From the IMG/VR virus record IMGVR_UViG_3300025030_000012: a DNA stretch of 64,000 nucleotides; one strand, given 5' to 3'. The stretch's first letter is position 1; the number at the start of each line of letters is the position of its first letter. The notes beneath the pieces are model-generated. The model worked only from the letters and a program-made list of their open reading frames with translations, searched no databases and had not been told where the DNA came from. The position numbers and the translations under genes are program-made. The stretch is from a virus. Of this stretch, positions 18,800 to 29,576 are shown piece after piece.

Positions 18800-21700
18800 C
18801 TCCCATCCTACCCATGACTATCACGCCCGCCGACAGCGGCTACGACATGGTGCGCCTCGTCGTCATCGTTGCCGTCCTGACTTCATCTGCATGGGCATGG
18901 CTCTTGAACGACGAGCGCGCCGCGCATGAGCGCCAGCTTGCCGAGGCCGTCGGCGCACCGCTCAAACTCTCACAGCCACGGATGCTGACTATCGAGTACG
19001 GCAGCGGGGCGAAGGTGAGGATCGCCATCAAGGAAGTCACGCCATGACTGCCCCGAACCATCGTTACTGGTACGACCAAGGCCGCTCCGATCAGCGCCGC
19101 CGGGACTGGCCGGTGATCGCTGCCTGCCTGCTGGCGATTGCCATCATCGTTTTCGTGGGGGGCAAATCATGACTTGGCTGACGCTCGAAGGCACGCGTAA
19201 CGGACGCGATTTTTTCGCCGCCACCATTGAGCTCCCGCGCACGCCCGATCCCTATGAGGCCAAGCGCGAGGCGGCGATACAGACGCTGGGAGAGCGATAC
19301 GTGCTCGACCGCGCCCGCTACGTCACGCGAGGCGACTACTCGCAGCACGAGTCGCACGGCGCGGACGTGGCGCAAACGTTCGAACGGGTCCGCGAGCGAA
19401 CCAAGCCGACAACATTGATAATTCATCAGGAGGCAAAAGCATGATCGTGAAAATGGTAAGCGAAACTGACGACGCCACGGCCCTGGAATGGCTCATCATG
19501 ATGTTCGCGAAGCGGGCAGCATGACCATTACCGAACCCCGCTATTTTCATCTCATGCCGCCCGGCGAATGGAAGCGCCTGTGCGCAGAGGGTACGACTTG
19601 GCGCGGGCTTCAGCACATGGGCTACGCGCAACCTGACTGGTGCTCGTATCCCGATGCGCTGGACGGGTTGATGGGTTGCTGGTCGCTGATTTACCAGAGG
19701 GTGACGGGCGAAGAATATTGCAAGGACTGCGATCTCTACAAACCAAAGGACACGCCATGACCAACGAATCGGAATCCAGCGTCTGCCCTCATTGCGGATT
19801 GAAAATTGGCGAAGGCTATGCCGGAATTCCCTTGTGCCGACAACCGTGGGTAGGTTCATCAGAAGCAATACTGACTTTACCAAATTGCATTCTGCAAAGG
19901 TCCAAAGGTTCCAGCGCCGGAGTGCCTGATAACCGCGAGGCTCAGGTCGGTACCGTTACCGGAGGCACACTCCCCGCTGGACCCCGCTCCGGTTGCGAAG
20001 TGGCCGACATGCTCGCCGGGCATCCACCGCTGGTCAAACGAGAAGCGGGCATGATCTATCTTGATTTGACTGGGGCTAATCACCGTATCAAATCTTTGGA
20101 GCGCGAACTCTCCGCCACCCGCGCCAGCGAGGCGATGTATATCGCGCGGGCACGAAAGGCAGAGAGCGAGCTTGCCGACGCAACAGCCAAATGTGTCCAT
20201 GCGCATGACGCTCTTAACGCCGAACGCGGGCGCGCGGGAGAAGTGGATCGAGCCCTTGATCACGAACGGCAAATAAATGCTGCATCAGCGCGCAATCTTA
20301 CTACGCTCGCACATCAGCTTGCCACCGAGCGCAAGGCGCTGGACGATATTATGCACGCTTCCGCGCAGATGTTAGAGCGGACACGGGAACGGTGCAAAGA
20401 TGCTTTGTCGGAACTCTATGTTGATGCCTCAAAAGCAACGATTGAACAGGTTAATTCAACCATCAACGCCCTCCAACCCGAAGCGCCCGAGCAGGGCGGG
20501 GAGAAATGAGATGACAGATGCCGATTTCCGACCCTGCCCACAGTGCCCGGATGGCTACGTGTGGAACAGCGATGGGTCGACAGGGAAAACGTGCCAACTA
20601 TGCAAGGGGTATGCGGTCGTCAATCCAGACGGCTCGCCATTGACCAAGGAACAACAGGAGGGAAAGCCATGACCACCGACCACACCGCTGACTTCATGCA
20701 GCAAATGGAAGTGAAGTTTGGTCCACTTCCACCTGTCACGCGACAAATGCTTGAGTTTTCATTTCAGCAAGGACTCGCCCAATCCGCCCAGCCGGTGGCG
20801 TGGATGGTGAAATCTAGCTATGGCAACGATGAAATCGAGCAACACTTGTTCGACAACGAAGAGGAAGCGCGCGCGGATATTGCTGGCAACGGCGGCATTC
20901 TCATTCCCCTCTACTCCACCCCACCCGACAGCCTCGCCGTCGCGCAGGCGCTTAAGCAAGCTGAGCAAGAATGTTACAGAGAGCGCGACAAAGCCGATGC
21001 TGGCGAATGGCAAGATGCAAGCGGCTCAGCGTGGGCCTTGGGATTTGGTTTTGCCTGCAATTTGCTCGGCAAGCGAATCCGTGCCCTTATCCCATCCGAT
21101 CTAGTGGCCGAAGCACTACCGACCGCGCAGGCGCTGGAGAAGGCCGAATCGCCCGAGCAGGACGAAAAAGCATGAACCGCAAACAACGCGATCAGAATCG
21201 TGCCAATGCATGGAGAGTTGTGAACAATGCGATTATCTGTCCTGAGTGCGGCGGACGTGGCGCGCACTGGGACGGCTTGCCGGTCACGTTGCAGCACATC
21301 ATCGACAAAACTCAGCCCAGAGGATTTTGGATATGTGCAAAAGTGCCCGAGCAGGGCGGGGAGGATGGAAAATGAGCGAATATGTTCACCTGATTGGAGC
21401 AGAACAAGTGCAATCTGCTGCCGTATCTATGCGCGGCGCAGCGGAAGAAATGCGCCAAGCCGCCATGACAATCGATGGCGCACTCGAGCGCCATAGGCTG
21501 TTCATGGATGATTGGTTGCAGAAACTCGAGCAGGTACTTTCGGAGCGAATACCGTGCCACTGCTCAGTGTGCGGGCACCAGGAGAGACTAGAGTATGACT
21601 AACACTCCCAACCGCACAGACGACAAAGCCGGTCAGCCGGTGGCGTATGGGGTGCAATCAAATGACGATGGTTCCCTCTCGACTAAGATTGCGCCGACAG

Positions 21701-22107
21701 GCTACATGATGTTTGGCAAACTCATGGAGGATCTGAAAAACGATCCATGGGTGACAGCCGGGAGAGCATCAATCGTTCCACTCTACTCCACCCAACGCGA
21801 ATCCCTCGCCGTCGCGCAGGCGCTGGAGCGGGCGCGTATCGCCATGTGTGCAAAATGTCGTGATGGAGATATACCGGAGTTTCAGCCAGACCCCATACCT
21901 ACATGGTGGCATGACGCAGTAGAATGCTGCGCGGCGCCCATCCTGCGTCTTATCCCCGTCGACCTCGCAACCGAGGCGCGGAGGCAGAAGGAGGATGCGG
22001 CAAGGTATTGCGCCATCCGCAGAATGCTGCACTGGTTCAAGCAGTATTTTTCTACCCCGGAGGAAGTTGACGCTGAAGTTGACGCCGCCCGGAAGCAGGC
22101 GACATGA
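18796..22107 (+). CDS. Cluster of about a dozen small accessory/hypothetical genes (Ead/Ea22-like mosaic region)
   Basis: Chain of ATGA-overlapping short ORFs with shared QPVA, PLYST...LAVAQAL and PEQ modules. Confidence 0.6.
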
Positions 22108-22553
22108 GCCTGAATGTAACTCCAATAGACTTTGCCGAAGCAAATGCTTTTGTGGCTACGCATCACCGTCACCATAAGCAAATGCCTGGGTGCAAATTCA
22201 GTATTGCCGTATCAGATGCCGAAGGCAAAGTGCGCGGAGTTGCGATGATTGGAAGGCCGGTCGCAAGAAACTCAGATAACGGCTATACACTCGAAGTGAA
22301 TCGGGTTTGTACGGATGGCGCTAGGAATGCCTGCTCGATGCTTTACGGGGCTGCTTGGCGAGCGGCAAAGGCCCTCGGATACCGCAGACTTATCACCTAC
22401 ACCCTGCCGATCGAAGGAGGGGCAAGTCTCCGAGCGGCAGGATGGAAATTGATAGGCGAACGGGGCGGCGGTAACTGGAATGTACCGAGCCGACCGAGAA
22501 TCGACACAAATGAACTACTGCAAGGACAAAAATTGTTGTGGGAAGCGCCGTGA
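22104..22553 (+). CDS. XF1762-family GNAT-like protein
   Basis: EANAFVATHHRHH...GRPVAR...LEVNRVCTDG...CSMLYGAAWRAAKALGYRRLITYTL...GASLRAAGW. Confidence 0.75.
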   Translation: MSLNVTPIDFAEANAFVATHHRHHKQMPGCKFSIAVSDAEGKVRGVAMIGRPVARNSDNGYTLEVNRVCTDGARNACSMLYGAAWRAAKALGYRRLITYTLPIEGGASLRAAGWKLIGERGGGNWNVPSRPRIDTNELLQGQKLLWEAP

Positions 22554-23063
22554 GCCTGAATGCCCTACTTGACATGGGCCGGGAAAGAATAGCCTTTATG
22601 CAGCAAGACTCTTGGAGAAAAGGGGAGCTGGGACTTGAGGCTTTATGTCCCCGTCCAAACGTAGCTGCGAAGCCGAAGGCGAAGAAGCGAAGAGTGTCGA
22701 GAGTCTATCACCGATTTTGCGGTGTTTTCGGCAATTTCGTTCCCTGCACAATTAGTGGGGGTGTGCGGAGGGTTCAGCTACTACATGTTGTGGATGAAAA
22801 GTTCTTGACAACTACCTGTTGAGTAACGGGTATCTACCGGCATATTTCCCGATCTGCCAGCACCACGGCTTGGCAAGCCTGTAATTGCACAGTCACTTCG
22901 TCGGCGCGGCGGCAGGCGGAGGATGCAGCACTGCTCGATTGGATGGAAGCCAATCCAGGGGAGGCATTTGAGGCAATTGAAAATGCAGGATACAGTTGCG
23001 AAAACTGGACCGCGCCCAATTTTAGGGCGGCGATCACCAGGGCGATGAAGGAAGGGTGATGAC

Positions 23064-23516
23064 ATGAGTGAACTAGAACTAACCGCAAACGGCGACGCCA
23101 AGGTCGAGGTCAAAGACTTGATCGGTCAAGCCCTCGACTTCTGGGTGTGCCTGTGCCTGGGGCAACGCGGGGTCGATATTATGGCGCTGCCGGCCCCCAC
23201 GGCCTATTCCTCGGACTGGAACATGGGCGGACCGCTCATCCAAGCGCAGAACATCGCCGTCACCCCGATGCCGCCGGCGATGATCGAATGGGCCGGGATC
23301 TGGCCGAGACCAGCGAAGGCGAGTAAGCTGATCCTGCCGCAATCGGTGCAGAATGGTCCGGCTCGAGTCGGGATGCACGGGCCGACCCCGCTGATTGCGG
23401 CGATGCGGGCGTTTGTGGCGGGAGTAGCGGGGGCCGGTATCTTGCTGCCGGAGCACTACCACGAGGTCTACAAGCGCGAACTTGAGGCAGCGAACCAGCC
23501 AAGGACAGTGCAATGA
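23064..23516 (+). CDS. DUF2591/NinX-family phage protein
   Basis: ALDFWV...YSSDWNMGGPLI...GPTPLIAAMRAFV. Confidence 0.75.
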   Translation: MSELELTANGDAKVEVKDLIGQALDFWVCLCLGQRGVDIMALPAPTAYSSDWNMGGPLIQAQNIAVTPMPPAMIEWAGIWPRPAKASKLILPQSVQNGPARVGMHGPTPLIAAMRAFVAGVAGAGILLPEHYHEVYKRELEAANQPRTVQ

Positions 23517-24151
23517 TTACCGCGGCTAGAATTAAAGTGTCCGCAAATCGAAGAATAGTAACTGCTGGCACTGTCTTTCGAAGACTGAGTGTTATCTCAG
23601 AAGTTGAACAGCGCGGTGGTCGGCGGTACTTTCGTTGTCTCTGTGAATGTGGAAAAACAACAATAGTCTCGTTGTCAAATCTCGTTGTCAAAAATGGCGT
23701 TGGCTCGTGTGGTTGTCTGCGCCGTTTGCCTTTTATTCACGGCATGGGACACACCAAAATATACAAGATATGGAGCGCGATGGTACGAAGATGTTCATCA
23801 CCACGCGATGCTGGGTTCAAAAACTATGGCGCTCGCGGTATTGTGGTCTGTGAGAGATGGATGACTTTCGAGCGGTTCTATTCAGACATGGGCAACAGAC
23901 CAGATGGTCTAACGCTCGAACGACGCGACAATGAAGGCCCATATTCGCCAGATAATTGCTATTGGGCGACGAGAAGCATTCAAGCGCGGAACACGCGGCT
24001 TACTCTACAATTGACTGTTGGCGGCATCACAAAACCACTTGTCACTTGGGCTGAAGAGGCTGGATTGAACATCAATACAGTGCGAAGTAGGGTACGCGAA
24101 CTTGGGTGGACTCCTGAGCAAGCGTTGGCTGAACCAGCAAGAGGGAAATGA
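23513..24151 (+). CDS. HNH homing endonuclease
   Basis: CLCECG...SCGC...YGARGIVVCERW...TLERRDNEGPYSPDNCYWAT. Confidence 0.85.
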   Translation: MITAARIKVSANRRIVTAGTVFRRLSVISEVEQRGGRRYFRCLCECGKTTIVSLSNLVVKNGVGSCGCLRRLPFIHGMGHTKIYKIWSAMVRRCSSPRDAGFKNYGARGIVVCERWMTFERFYSDMGNRPDGLTLERRDNEGPYSPDNCYWATRSIQARNTRLTLQLTVGGITKPLVTWAEEAGLNINTVRSRVRELGWTPEQALAEPARGK

Positions 24152-24795
24152 TGCTTATTACACCGCAACAGTTAAAAAATATTTGCCCCCATGTCAGAGA
24201 GCCAGATATGTGGTCGGATGCGTTGTCTGCAGCAGCAGAGGAATTTATGATCAACACGCCGCGACGACTGTCCGGGTGGATTGGTCAAATGGCCCACGAG
24301 AGCGCAGAATTTAACGTGGTGGTGGAGAACTTGAACTACGGCGCTGCCGGGCTTCTCGCCACATTCCGCCGGCACTTCACCGAACAAGAGGCGCAATCCT
24401 ATGCACATCATCCCGAACGAATCGCCAGCCGGGCCTATGCCAACCGACTCGGTAATGGCGATGAAGCATCGGGCGACGGCTGGCGCTTCCGTGGCCGTGG
24501 ACCTATTCAGGCTACTGGCCGCGATCTGCACGAGCTGCTTTGCGCTGACCTGGGCATTGACTGCGTGGCACATCCTGAACTTCTCGAACTGCCTGAACAC
24601 GGCGCTCGGGCTGCGGGGCATTTCTGGAAGGTCAACGGGTTCAATCGAAAAGCCGACCTGATGCAGTTCAATCTCATCACCAAAGGTGTAAACGGTATGT
24701 ACCGCTGGAACCGCGAGGGGGATCTGGACCGCGCCGGGTACTACGAGGTTGCCTGCGACGTGTTGGGTGTGATTGATGGGAGTCAGGCCGCATGA
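24148..24795 (+). CDS. Endolysin, glycoside hydrolase family 19
   Basis: AHESAEF...ENLNY...YANRLGNG...DGWRFRGRGPIQATG. Confidence 0.92.
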   Translation: MMLITPQQLKNICPHVREPDMWSDALSAAAEEFMINTPRRLSGWIGQMAHESAEFNVVVENLNYGAAGLLATFRRHFTEQEAQSYAHHPERIASRAYANRLGNGDEASGDGWRFRGRGPIQATGRDLHELLCADLGIDCVAHPELLELPEHGARAAGHFWKVNGFNRKADLMQFNLITKGVNGMYRWNREGDLDRAGYYEVACDVLGVIDGSQAA

Positions 24796-25364
24796 TGATC
24801 CGCATCATCCAAGTGCCGGGCTGGAGTCGGACGAAAAAGCTGATGATGGCATGCCACAATATTGCTGTGGTGGAGCTTCCGTAATGGAAACCCTACATAT
24901 CTATGCTCAAGGGATGTGGCACGAAGAAGCCTACATCATGGGCACACCGTATGCGCTCGGGTGCCTGCGCGCAGCGATAGATGCTGCTATTGCGATTGGG
25001 AAAGGTAATGCGGAATTGTTTGTGAACGATGGTGAGGGGTACACGGTTCACGTTCTAGCGGCGAGCGATTCTGTGATGCAAGAAATGGCGGTCCCATACA
25101 CGGATAAAATGGCGGCAGCGGAACCAAATGAGAGTGGACCGTGGAAATTATTGTGAGGCCGGAAACAATGACCCGTCCGCCCTACGCCACCCGCACCATA
25201 CGTTAAAGCCGTGGAACTGCCGTGAAGCAAGAGCACACATTCCAAGTCACGACCGAGCAGCAGCGCCTGGAGCCGGAACGTATGGCGTGCCAGCGCGGGG
25301 CCGAGGTCGGCGACAGGCTGCGTGCTGCTGTGCTGGCGCGGCATGAAGTGGAGGTGGAGGTGGT

Positions 25365-26108
25365 GTGAAGCGTGAGCCATTATTCAAAACGGAAGCCGCG
25401 ATGTGTGCCGCGTTTATTTCGTGGCTGTCCAGTTACCCGGAGTTTACACCCTTCGCAGAGACTGCGGGATGGGATATCCTGCTTGTTCACGCCGATGGTA
25501 CGCAGATTGGCGTACAGGCCAAGCTCAGATTCAACATGGCGGTACTGAAACAGACCGTGGAGCGCGATCATGGATGGCAAGATATTGGCCCGGATTATCG
25601 CGCTGTTCTCGTCCCGGAAGATTATGACAACCGAGATATTTGCGATGCTCTTGGTCTGACATTAATCCTGCCGTGGAAACATTGGAACGGGACCGTTGAA
25701 TTTAAACCGGATTTTAATGATCATTCCTACCAGCGATGGCATTTCTGTAACCCGGAGAAGCGCCACGAGCTACCGGCTTATGTTCCAGACGTGCCGGCGG
25801 GTGTGCCGAGTCCATCGACACTATCAAAATGGAAAATAGGGGCCTTGGAGATTTGTGCCTTCATTGAATTGCGGGGATATGTTACCCGGCAAGATTTCCG
25901 ACGTGCTGGAATAGATCATCGTCGTTGGGTCCAGGAATGGCTTGATGCCGTACCAGGAAATCCAGGTGCCTGGCGTTGGCGAGTCGGCGCTCATGAATTT
26001 TCAGCGAATCATCCTGTTGTGTATCCACAAATATTGGCGAAAGTCGGCGAGAGAATCGCCGAGGCCGGCGAGGCGCTGCGGTCGGCGGTGCGGGAGGGGG
26101 TGAAATGA
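25365..26108 (+). CDS. Conserved phage hypothetical protein
   Basis: 247-aa ORF with SD; ETAGWDILLV...IGVQAK suggests a restriction-endonuclease-like fold (weak). Confidence 0.5.
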   Translation: MKREPLFKTEAAMCAAFISWLSSYPEFTPFAETAGWDILLVHADGTQIGVQAKLRFNMAVLKQTVERDHGWQDIGPDYRAVLVPEDYDNRDICDALGLTLILPWKHWNGTVEFKPDFNDHSYQRWHFCNPEKRHELPAYVPDVPAGVPSPSTLSKWKIGALEICAFIELRGYVTRQDFRRAGIDHRRWVQEWLDAVPGNPGAWRWRVGAHEFSANHPVVYPQILAKVGERIAEAGEALRSAVREGVK

Positions 26109-26172
26109 TTCACATCATTCAGGGCGATGCGCCAACCAAGATCAAGGTTGAGAGAAGAAGGCGCATATCCAA

Positions 26173-27273
26173 ATGACGGTGCGCATTATCGTCGGGGATG
26201 CCTTGACCGAGCTTACGAAGCTGCCGAGCGAGAGCGTGCATTGCATCCTTAGTAGCCCTCCTTACTGGCGCCAGAGGGATTACGCCATGCCAGGTCAGAT
26301 TGGCCTCGAGTCGACGCCAGAGGAATACATTGATCGTTTGACCTCCGTGTTTTCGGAGTGCAGGCGCGTCCTGCGGGCCGATGGCACGGCCTGGGTGAAT
26401 CTTGGCGACAAGTGGGCCTCCGGTGGTAACGGTGGCGGTGGCGGTGGCAGCTTCATGGAGCAGCGTAGCGAGGCATGGGCGCACGTGAAGGCGAACAAAG
26501 GCTGGCGCTCGCCGCCGACCGGCTACAAGGACAAGGATCTGGTCGGCGTGCCATGGATGCTGGCCTTTGCTATGCGGGCCGAAGGCTGGTATCTCCGACA
26601 GTGCAACATTTGGGCGAAGCCGAACTGTATGCCGGAGTCAGTCACAGACCGCTCGACGGCCTCGCACGAGTACGTGTTCCACTTCTCGAAGCAGAACGAC
26701 TACTGGTACGACGCGGACGCCGCCAGGACGCCACCAGCGCCATCCAGTGAGACGCGCCTAGCCCAGAACGTCAACGCCCAGGACGGCAGCGCAAGGGCCA
26801 ACGGTGGGGGCAAAACGAACGGGCCGATGCGTGCGGTACAGCGCACGGACAAGCAAGCTGGCCACGGCCGGAAAGCGGCTGGCTTCAATGCGCGATGGGA
26901 CGCGAAAGAAGCGTCTGCTAAGGTCGCCGCCGGTAATGCGAGGACCACGGCCGCATCAGCTCCGGGCATTGACGGCAGCAAGCACCAAGACTACGGCGGC
27001 GCTAACCTGCGCTCGGTGTGGTGGATAAGCCCGGCGCAGTACCGCGAAGGGCACTACGCCGTCATGCCGAACGCGCTGGCTGAAATCTGCATCACAGCTG
27101 GGTGTCCGATTGGTGGCACGGTTTTGGACCCATTCGGCGGCGCCGGCACCACCGGCCTGGTCGCCGACCGGTTGCAGCGCAGCGCCATCCTGATAGAACT
27201 CAACTCGGAGTACGCCAACATGGCCCGGGCCCGGGTGACGGCTGACGGTCCGCTATTCGCGGAAGTCGCATGA
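26173..27273 (+). CDS. N4-C/N6-A DNA methyltransferase (beta class)
   Basis: SSPPYW catalytic motif precedes the VLDPFGGAGTTG SAM-binding motif. Confidence 0.92.
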   Translation: MTVRIIVGDALTELTKLPSESVHCILSSPPYWRQRDYAMPGQIGLESTPEEYIDRLTSVFSECRRVLRADGTAWVNLGDKWASGGNGGGGGGSFMEQRSEAWAHVKANKGWRSPPTGYKDKDLVGVPWMLAFAMRAEGWYLRQCNIWAKPNCMPESVTDRSTASHEYVFHFSKQNDYWYDADAARTPPAPSSETRLAQNVNAQDGSARANGGGKTNGPMRAVQRTDKQAGHGRKAAGFNARWDAKEASAKVAAGNARTTAASAPGIDGSKHQDYGGANLRSVWWISPAQYREGHYAVMPNALAEICITAGCPIGGTVLDPFGGAGTTGLVADRLQRSAILIELNSEYANMARARVTADGPLFAEVA

Positions 27274-27289
27274 CGACAGGAGGTAAATA

Positions 27290-27973
27290 ATGGGTGCCCT
27301 ACTCCGTTTCCTGCCCGGCCTCGGGCCAGCCGTCACGGCACTGCTCAATCCCTGGATCTTGCTTGCCGCCATAGCCGTAATTGCCGGCGCCTTCCTAGCC
27401 GGTATGCACGAACAGACCATCCGCTTCGAGGCTGCAGCCAAGACTGCCCAGGACGACGCGATCGAGACTGCCGTGAAGTTCCAAGCCGACCAACGTGCCC
27501 AAAACACAGCTCTATCCAATTCCCTCAACCGAGAAAGGACCGACCGTGAAAATGATCACCGCACTTTCAAGAGCAAGCTCGCCGCGGCAGCCGCAAAGTC
27601 GCTCACAGAGGTCCACTGCCCTGCCGGGAATACTCCGCAAAGACCAGGCGGCAAGGCGTCTCCCTGGCCGGCTGCGGCGCCAGTGGTGGATGGTGGCAGT
27701 TGCCGTATCTCTACTGACGGCGTGCGCCTCTGGAACACAGGGCTTGCCCTCAGCCTTAACCTCGCCGACCGTGGACAGTTCGCTCATGCAGCGGACGCCG
27801 GGGCCGGTCCCGTTGAAATCTCTGACGCCATCGCCAACGTCGGGGCAAACGCTGCCATCCTCGGGGAATGCCGGGACCGGGAGCTTGGGTGGCAAGTGAA
27901 GGCGTGCACAAATAAATGGTGGACTGGCGAACCGTGCGCGGAGCGACTGAGGGAGTTTGAAGGGCGGAAGTAG
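27290..27973 (+). CDS. Inner-membrane spanin (Rz-like)
   Basis: N-terminal TM (WILLAAIAVIAGAFLAGM), periplasmic coiled coil, embedded lipoprotein ORF in the +1 frame. Confidence 0.75.
   Translation: MGALLRFLPGLGPAVTALLNPWILLAAIAVIAGAFLAGMHEQTIRFEAAAKTAQDDAIETAVKFQADQRAQNTALSNSLNRERTDRENDHRTFKSKLAAAAAKSLTEVHCPAGNTPQRPGGKASPWPAAAPVVDGGSCRISTDGVRLWNTGLALSLNLADRGQFAHAADAGAGPVEISDAIANVGANAAILGECRDRELGWQVKACTNKWWTGEPCAERLREFEGRK
27672..27899 (+). CDS. Outer-membrane spanin lipoprotein (Rz1-like), fully embedded; exact start uncertain
   Basis: LRRQWWMVAVAVSLLTAC lipobox (Cys at 27723) followed by a Pro/Ser-rich mature peptide. Confidence 0.7.
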   Translation: MRRQWWMVAVAVSLLTACASGTQGLPSALTSPTVDSSLMQRTPGPVPLKSLTPSPTSGQTLPSSGNAGTGSLGGK

Positions 27974-27976
27974 ACC

Positions 27977-28345
27977 ATGCCGATCAAACCGGAGAATGCT
28001 GCGCGTTATCCGACCGACTGGAAAGCTATCCGGCAGGAGGTGCTTGAGCGTGCCGGGCATCGGTGCGAGCAATGCGGCGTGCCGAATCACTGGCACCGAA
28101 ACAATCTTACTGGTGATGTGTTCGAGGATGAACAGCTAGCGCGAGATTGCTTGCACGTTACCTACATCGTTCTTACCGTGGCGCACTTGAATCACCAGCC
28201 GGAGGACTGCGGCGAGCCGGGCAACCGTCCGAACCTTGCCGCATGGTGTCAGCGCTGCCATCTTGCCTACGACCACGAGCACCACATGCGCAACGCACAC
28301 CAGACGCGGCGCGGGCGCAAGGCAAGCGGGGATCTGTTCGCATGA
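27977..28345 (+). CDS. HNH-like nuclease
   Basis: CEQCG...VLTVAHLNH...NLAAWCQRCHL. Confidence 0.75.
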   Translation: MPIKPENAARYPTDWKAIRQEVLERAGHRCEQCGVPNHWHRNNLTGDVFEDEQLARDCLHVTYIVLTVAHLNHQPEDCGEPGNRPNLAAWCQRCHLAYDHEHHMRNAHQTRRGRKASGDLFA

Positions 28346-28665
28346 CTTACAGAAATCGCCGCCTGCTTGACGTTGCCCATGACGCTCCCTGCATGCTCCT
28401 GCTCGGTGCGCCTGGATGCGGAAATTATCTGTCTGTGCCATGCCATAGCGACGCGCTTCGCCACGGTCGCGGAGTAGGGCACAAGTCTGGAGATGAATTC
28501 GCCGTGCCTGGGTGCCCGGCATGTCATGCAATCTTCACCCGTAAGGATCTTGGGCGAGAGCAATATTCTGTGTCTTGGCTGGCGGCACATGAACGCTACC
28601 TGACGTGGCTGTTTGAAACTGGACGACTGACTGTTAACCACGTGCACTTCTATCCTAGACCTTGA
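28342..28665 (+). CDS. DUF1364/YbcO-like Zn-binding putative nuclease
   Basis: PCML...C...VPCH...GVGHK...AVPGCPACH. Confidence 0.65.
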   Translation: MTYRNRRLLDVAHDAPCMLLLGAPGCGNYLSVPCHSDALRHGRGVGHKSGDEFAVPGCPACHAIFTRKDLGREQYSVSWLAAHERYLTWLFETGRLTVNHVHFYPRP

Positions 28666-28813
28666 CCGGCTGAACTTCAAGCCGTTTCATCGCGCGATAA
28701 ATTGTGCTGACCGCAACGCCATGCTTCAAGGCCGCTTTCAAGATTGCATCCTTGCCGCCCTTGCGCGCCATTTTGACGGCTTTCTCTGTGGCGCTGGATT
28801 GGCGCCCGCTCAT
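28655..28813 (-). CDS. Small HTH protein (52 aa)
   Basis: AALKHGVAVSTIYRAMKR; last gene of the leftward accessory operon. Confidence 0.6.
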   Translation of the reverse strand: MSGRQSSATEKAVKMARKGGKDAILKAALKHGVAVSTIYRAMKRLEVQPVKV

Positions 28814-29169
28814 TGCGGCCCGCAACTATAGGTTGGGCCGCCCTTGATCTGCACTATCCAGCCGGAGACGGGCAGGCGGATAAGCAGCGCCGAGTTGTCG
28901 GCGGTAGTCAGCCAGAAGGTGCGGTCCGCATCGAAGCGCACGCGGGTAGTCCCAACCGTCAGTGTCAGGTCGGTGCGTCCAACTTTCTCCATCATGGCGT
29001 CGAAGTCAGGGCCGCTCCGCTCCCAGGTGGTCAGGTAGGGGACGAAGCGATGCAAGGTCCCCGTGGTTTGGGTATCGACGCGTACAGCCTGGTAGCAGGT
29101 AATCGCCTGCGGTGTCGGCGGTGCATTCAGTGCCGCCAATAAGGCGGTAGCCAGCAGTGTTTGATTCAT
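28810..29169 (-). CDS. Secreted protein with Sec signal peptide
   Basis: MNQTLLATALLAALNA-PP; two Cys; SD AGGAG. Confidence 0.6.
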   Translation of the reverse strand: MNQTLLATALLAALNAPPTPQAITCYQAVRVDTQTTGTLHRFVPYLTTWERSGPDFDAMMEKVGRTDLTLTVGTTRVRFDADRTFWLTTADNSALLIRLPVSGWIVQIKGGPTYSCGPQ

Positions 29170-29576
29170 ACCTTTTCTCCTTCGGTTGTCCAACTCCATG
29201 CGGCCCACGACCGTGAGCCGCCTTCTTTCTGGATCCGGTCCGGCCGGTAGCCGATCCGGTGCAATTCCGCGAGCGTGCAGGGGTGATTCTGGCGATTGTC
29301 GAGGATGCGCGGGCCGTCCTCGGTCTGCGCGACTAGGACGGCGTGATACTCGCCGGTTTCGACGTAGCAGCAAGCCAGCCTCAATGTGTGTGCAGGCCAT
29401 CCGAGATCTGCGAGATAGTTCAGTTTGGCGAGCGCGAAATCCTCGCAGTCATTACCTAATCCATCCGCGCGGTCCCAAAAGTCTGGTTGGTTGTACCGTT
29501 CCGCGTCGCTTTCGTATGGCAGAGCGTTGATATCGTCGTTGACGTGCTGCAGGTCAGTGTGGTTGGGATAGGTCAT
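29166..29576 (-). CDS. Transglutaminase-like cysteine peptidase (BTLCP/LapG-like) catalytic domain
   Basis: VN..IN...D...D.W, DCEDFA (Cys), HAVLV (His), ILDN (Asp) catalytic triad pattern. Confidence 0.88.
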   Translation of the reverse strand: MTYPNHTDLQHVNDDINALPYESDAERYNQPDFWDRADGLGNDCEDFALAKLNYLADLGWPAHTLRLACCYVETGEYHAVLVAQTEDGPRILDNRQNHPCTLAELHRIGYRPDRIQKEGGSRSWAAWSWTTEGEKV

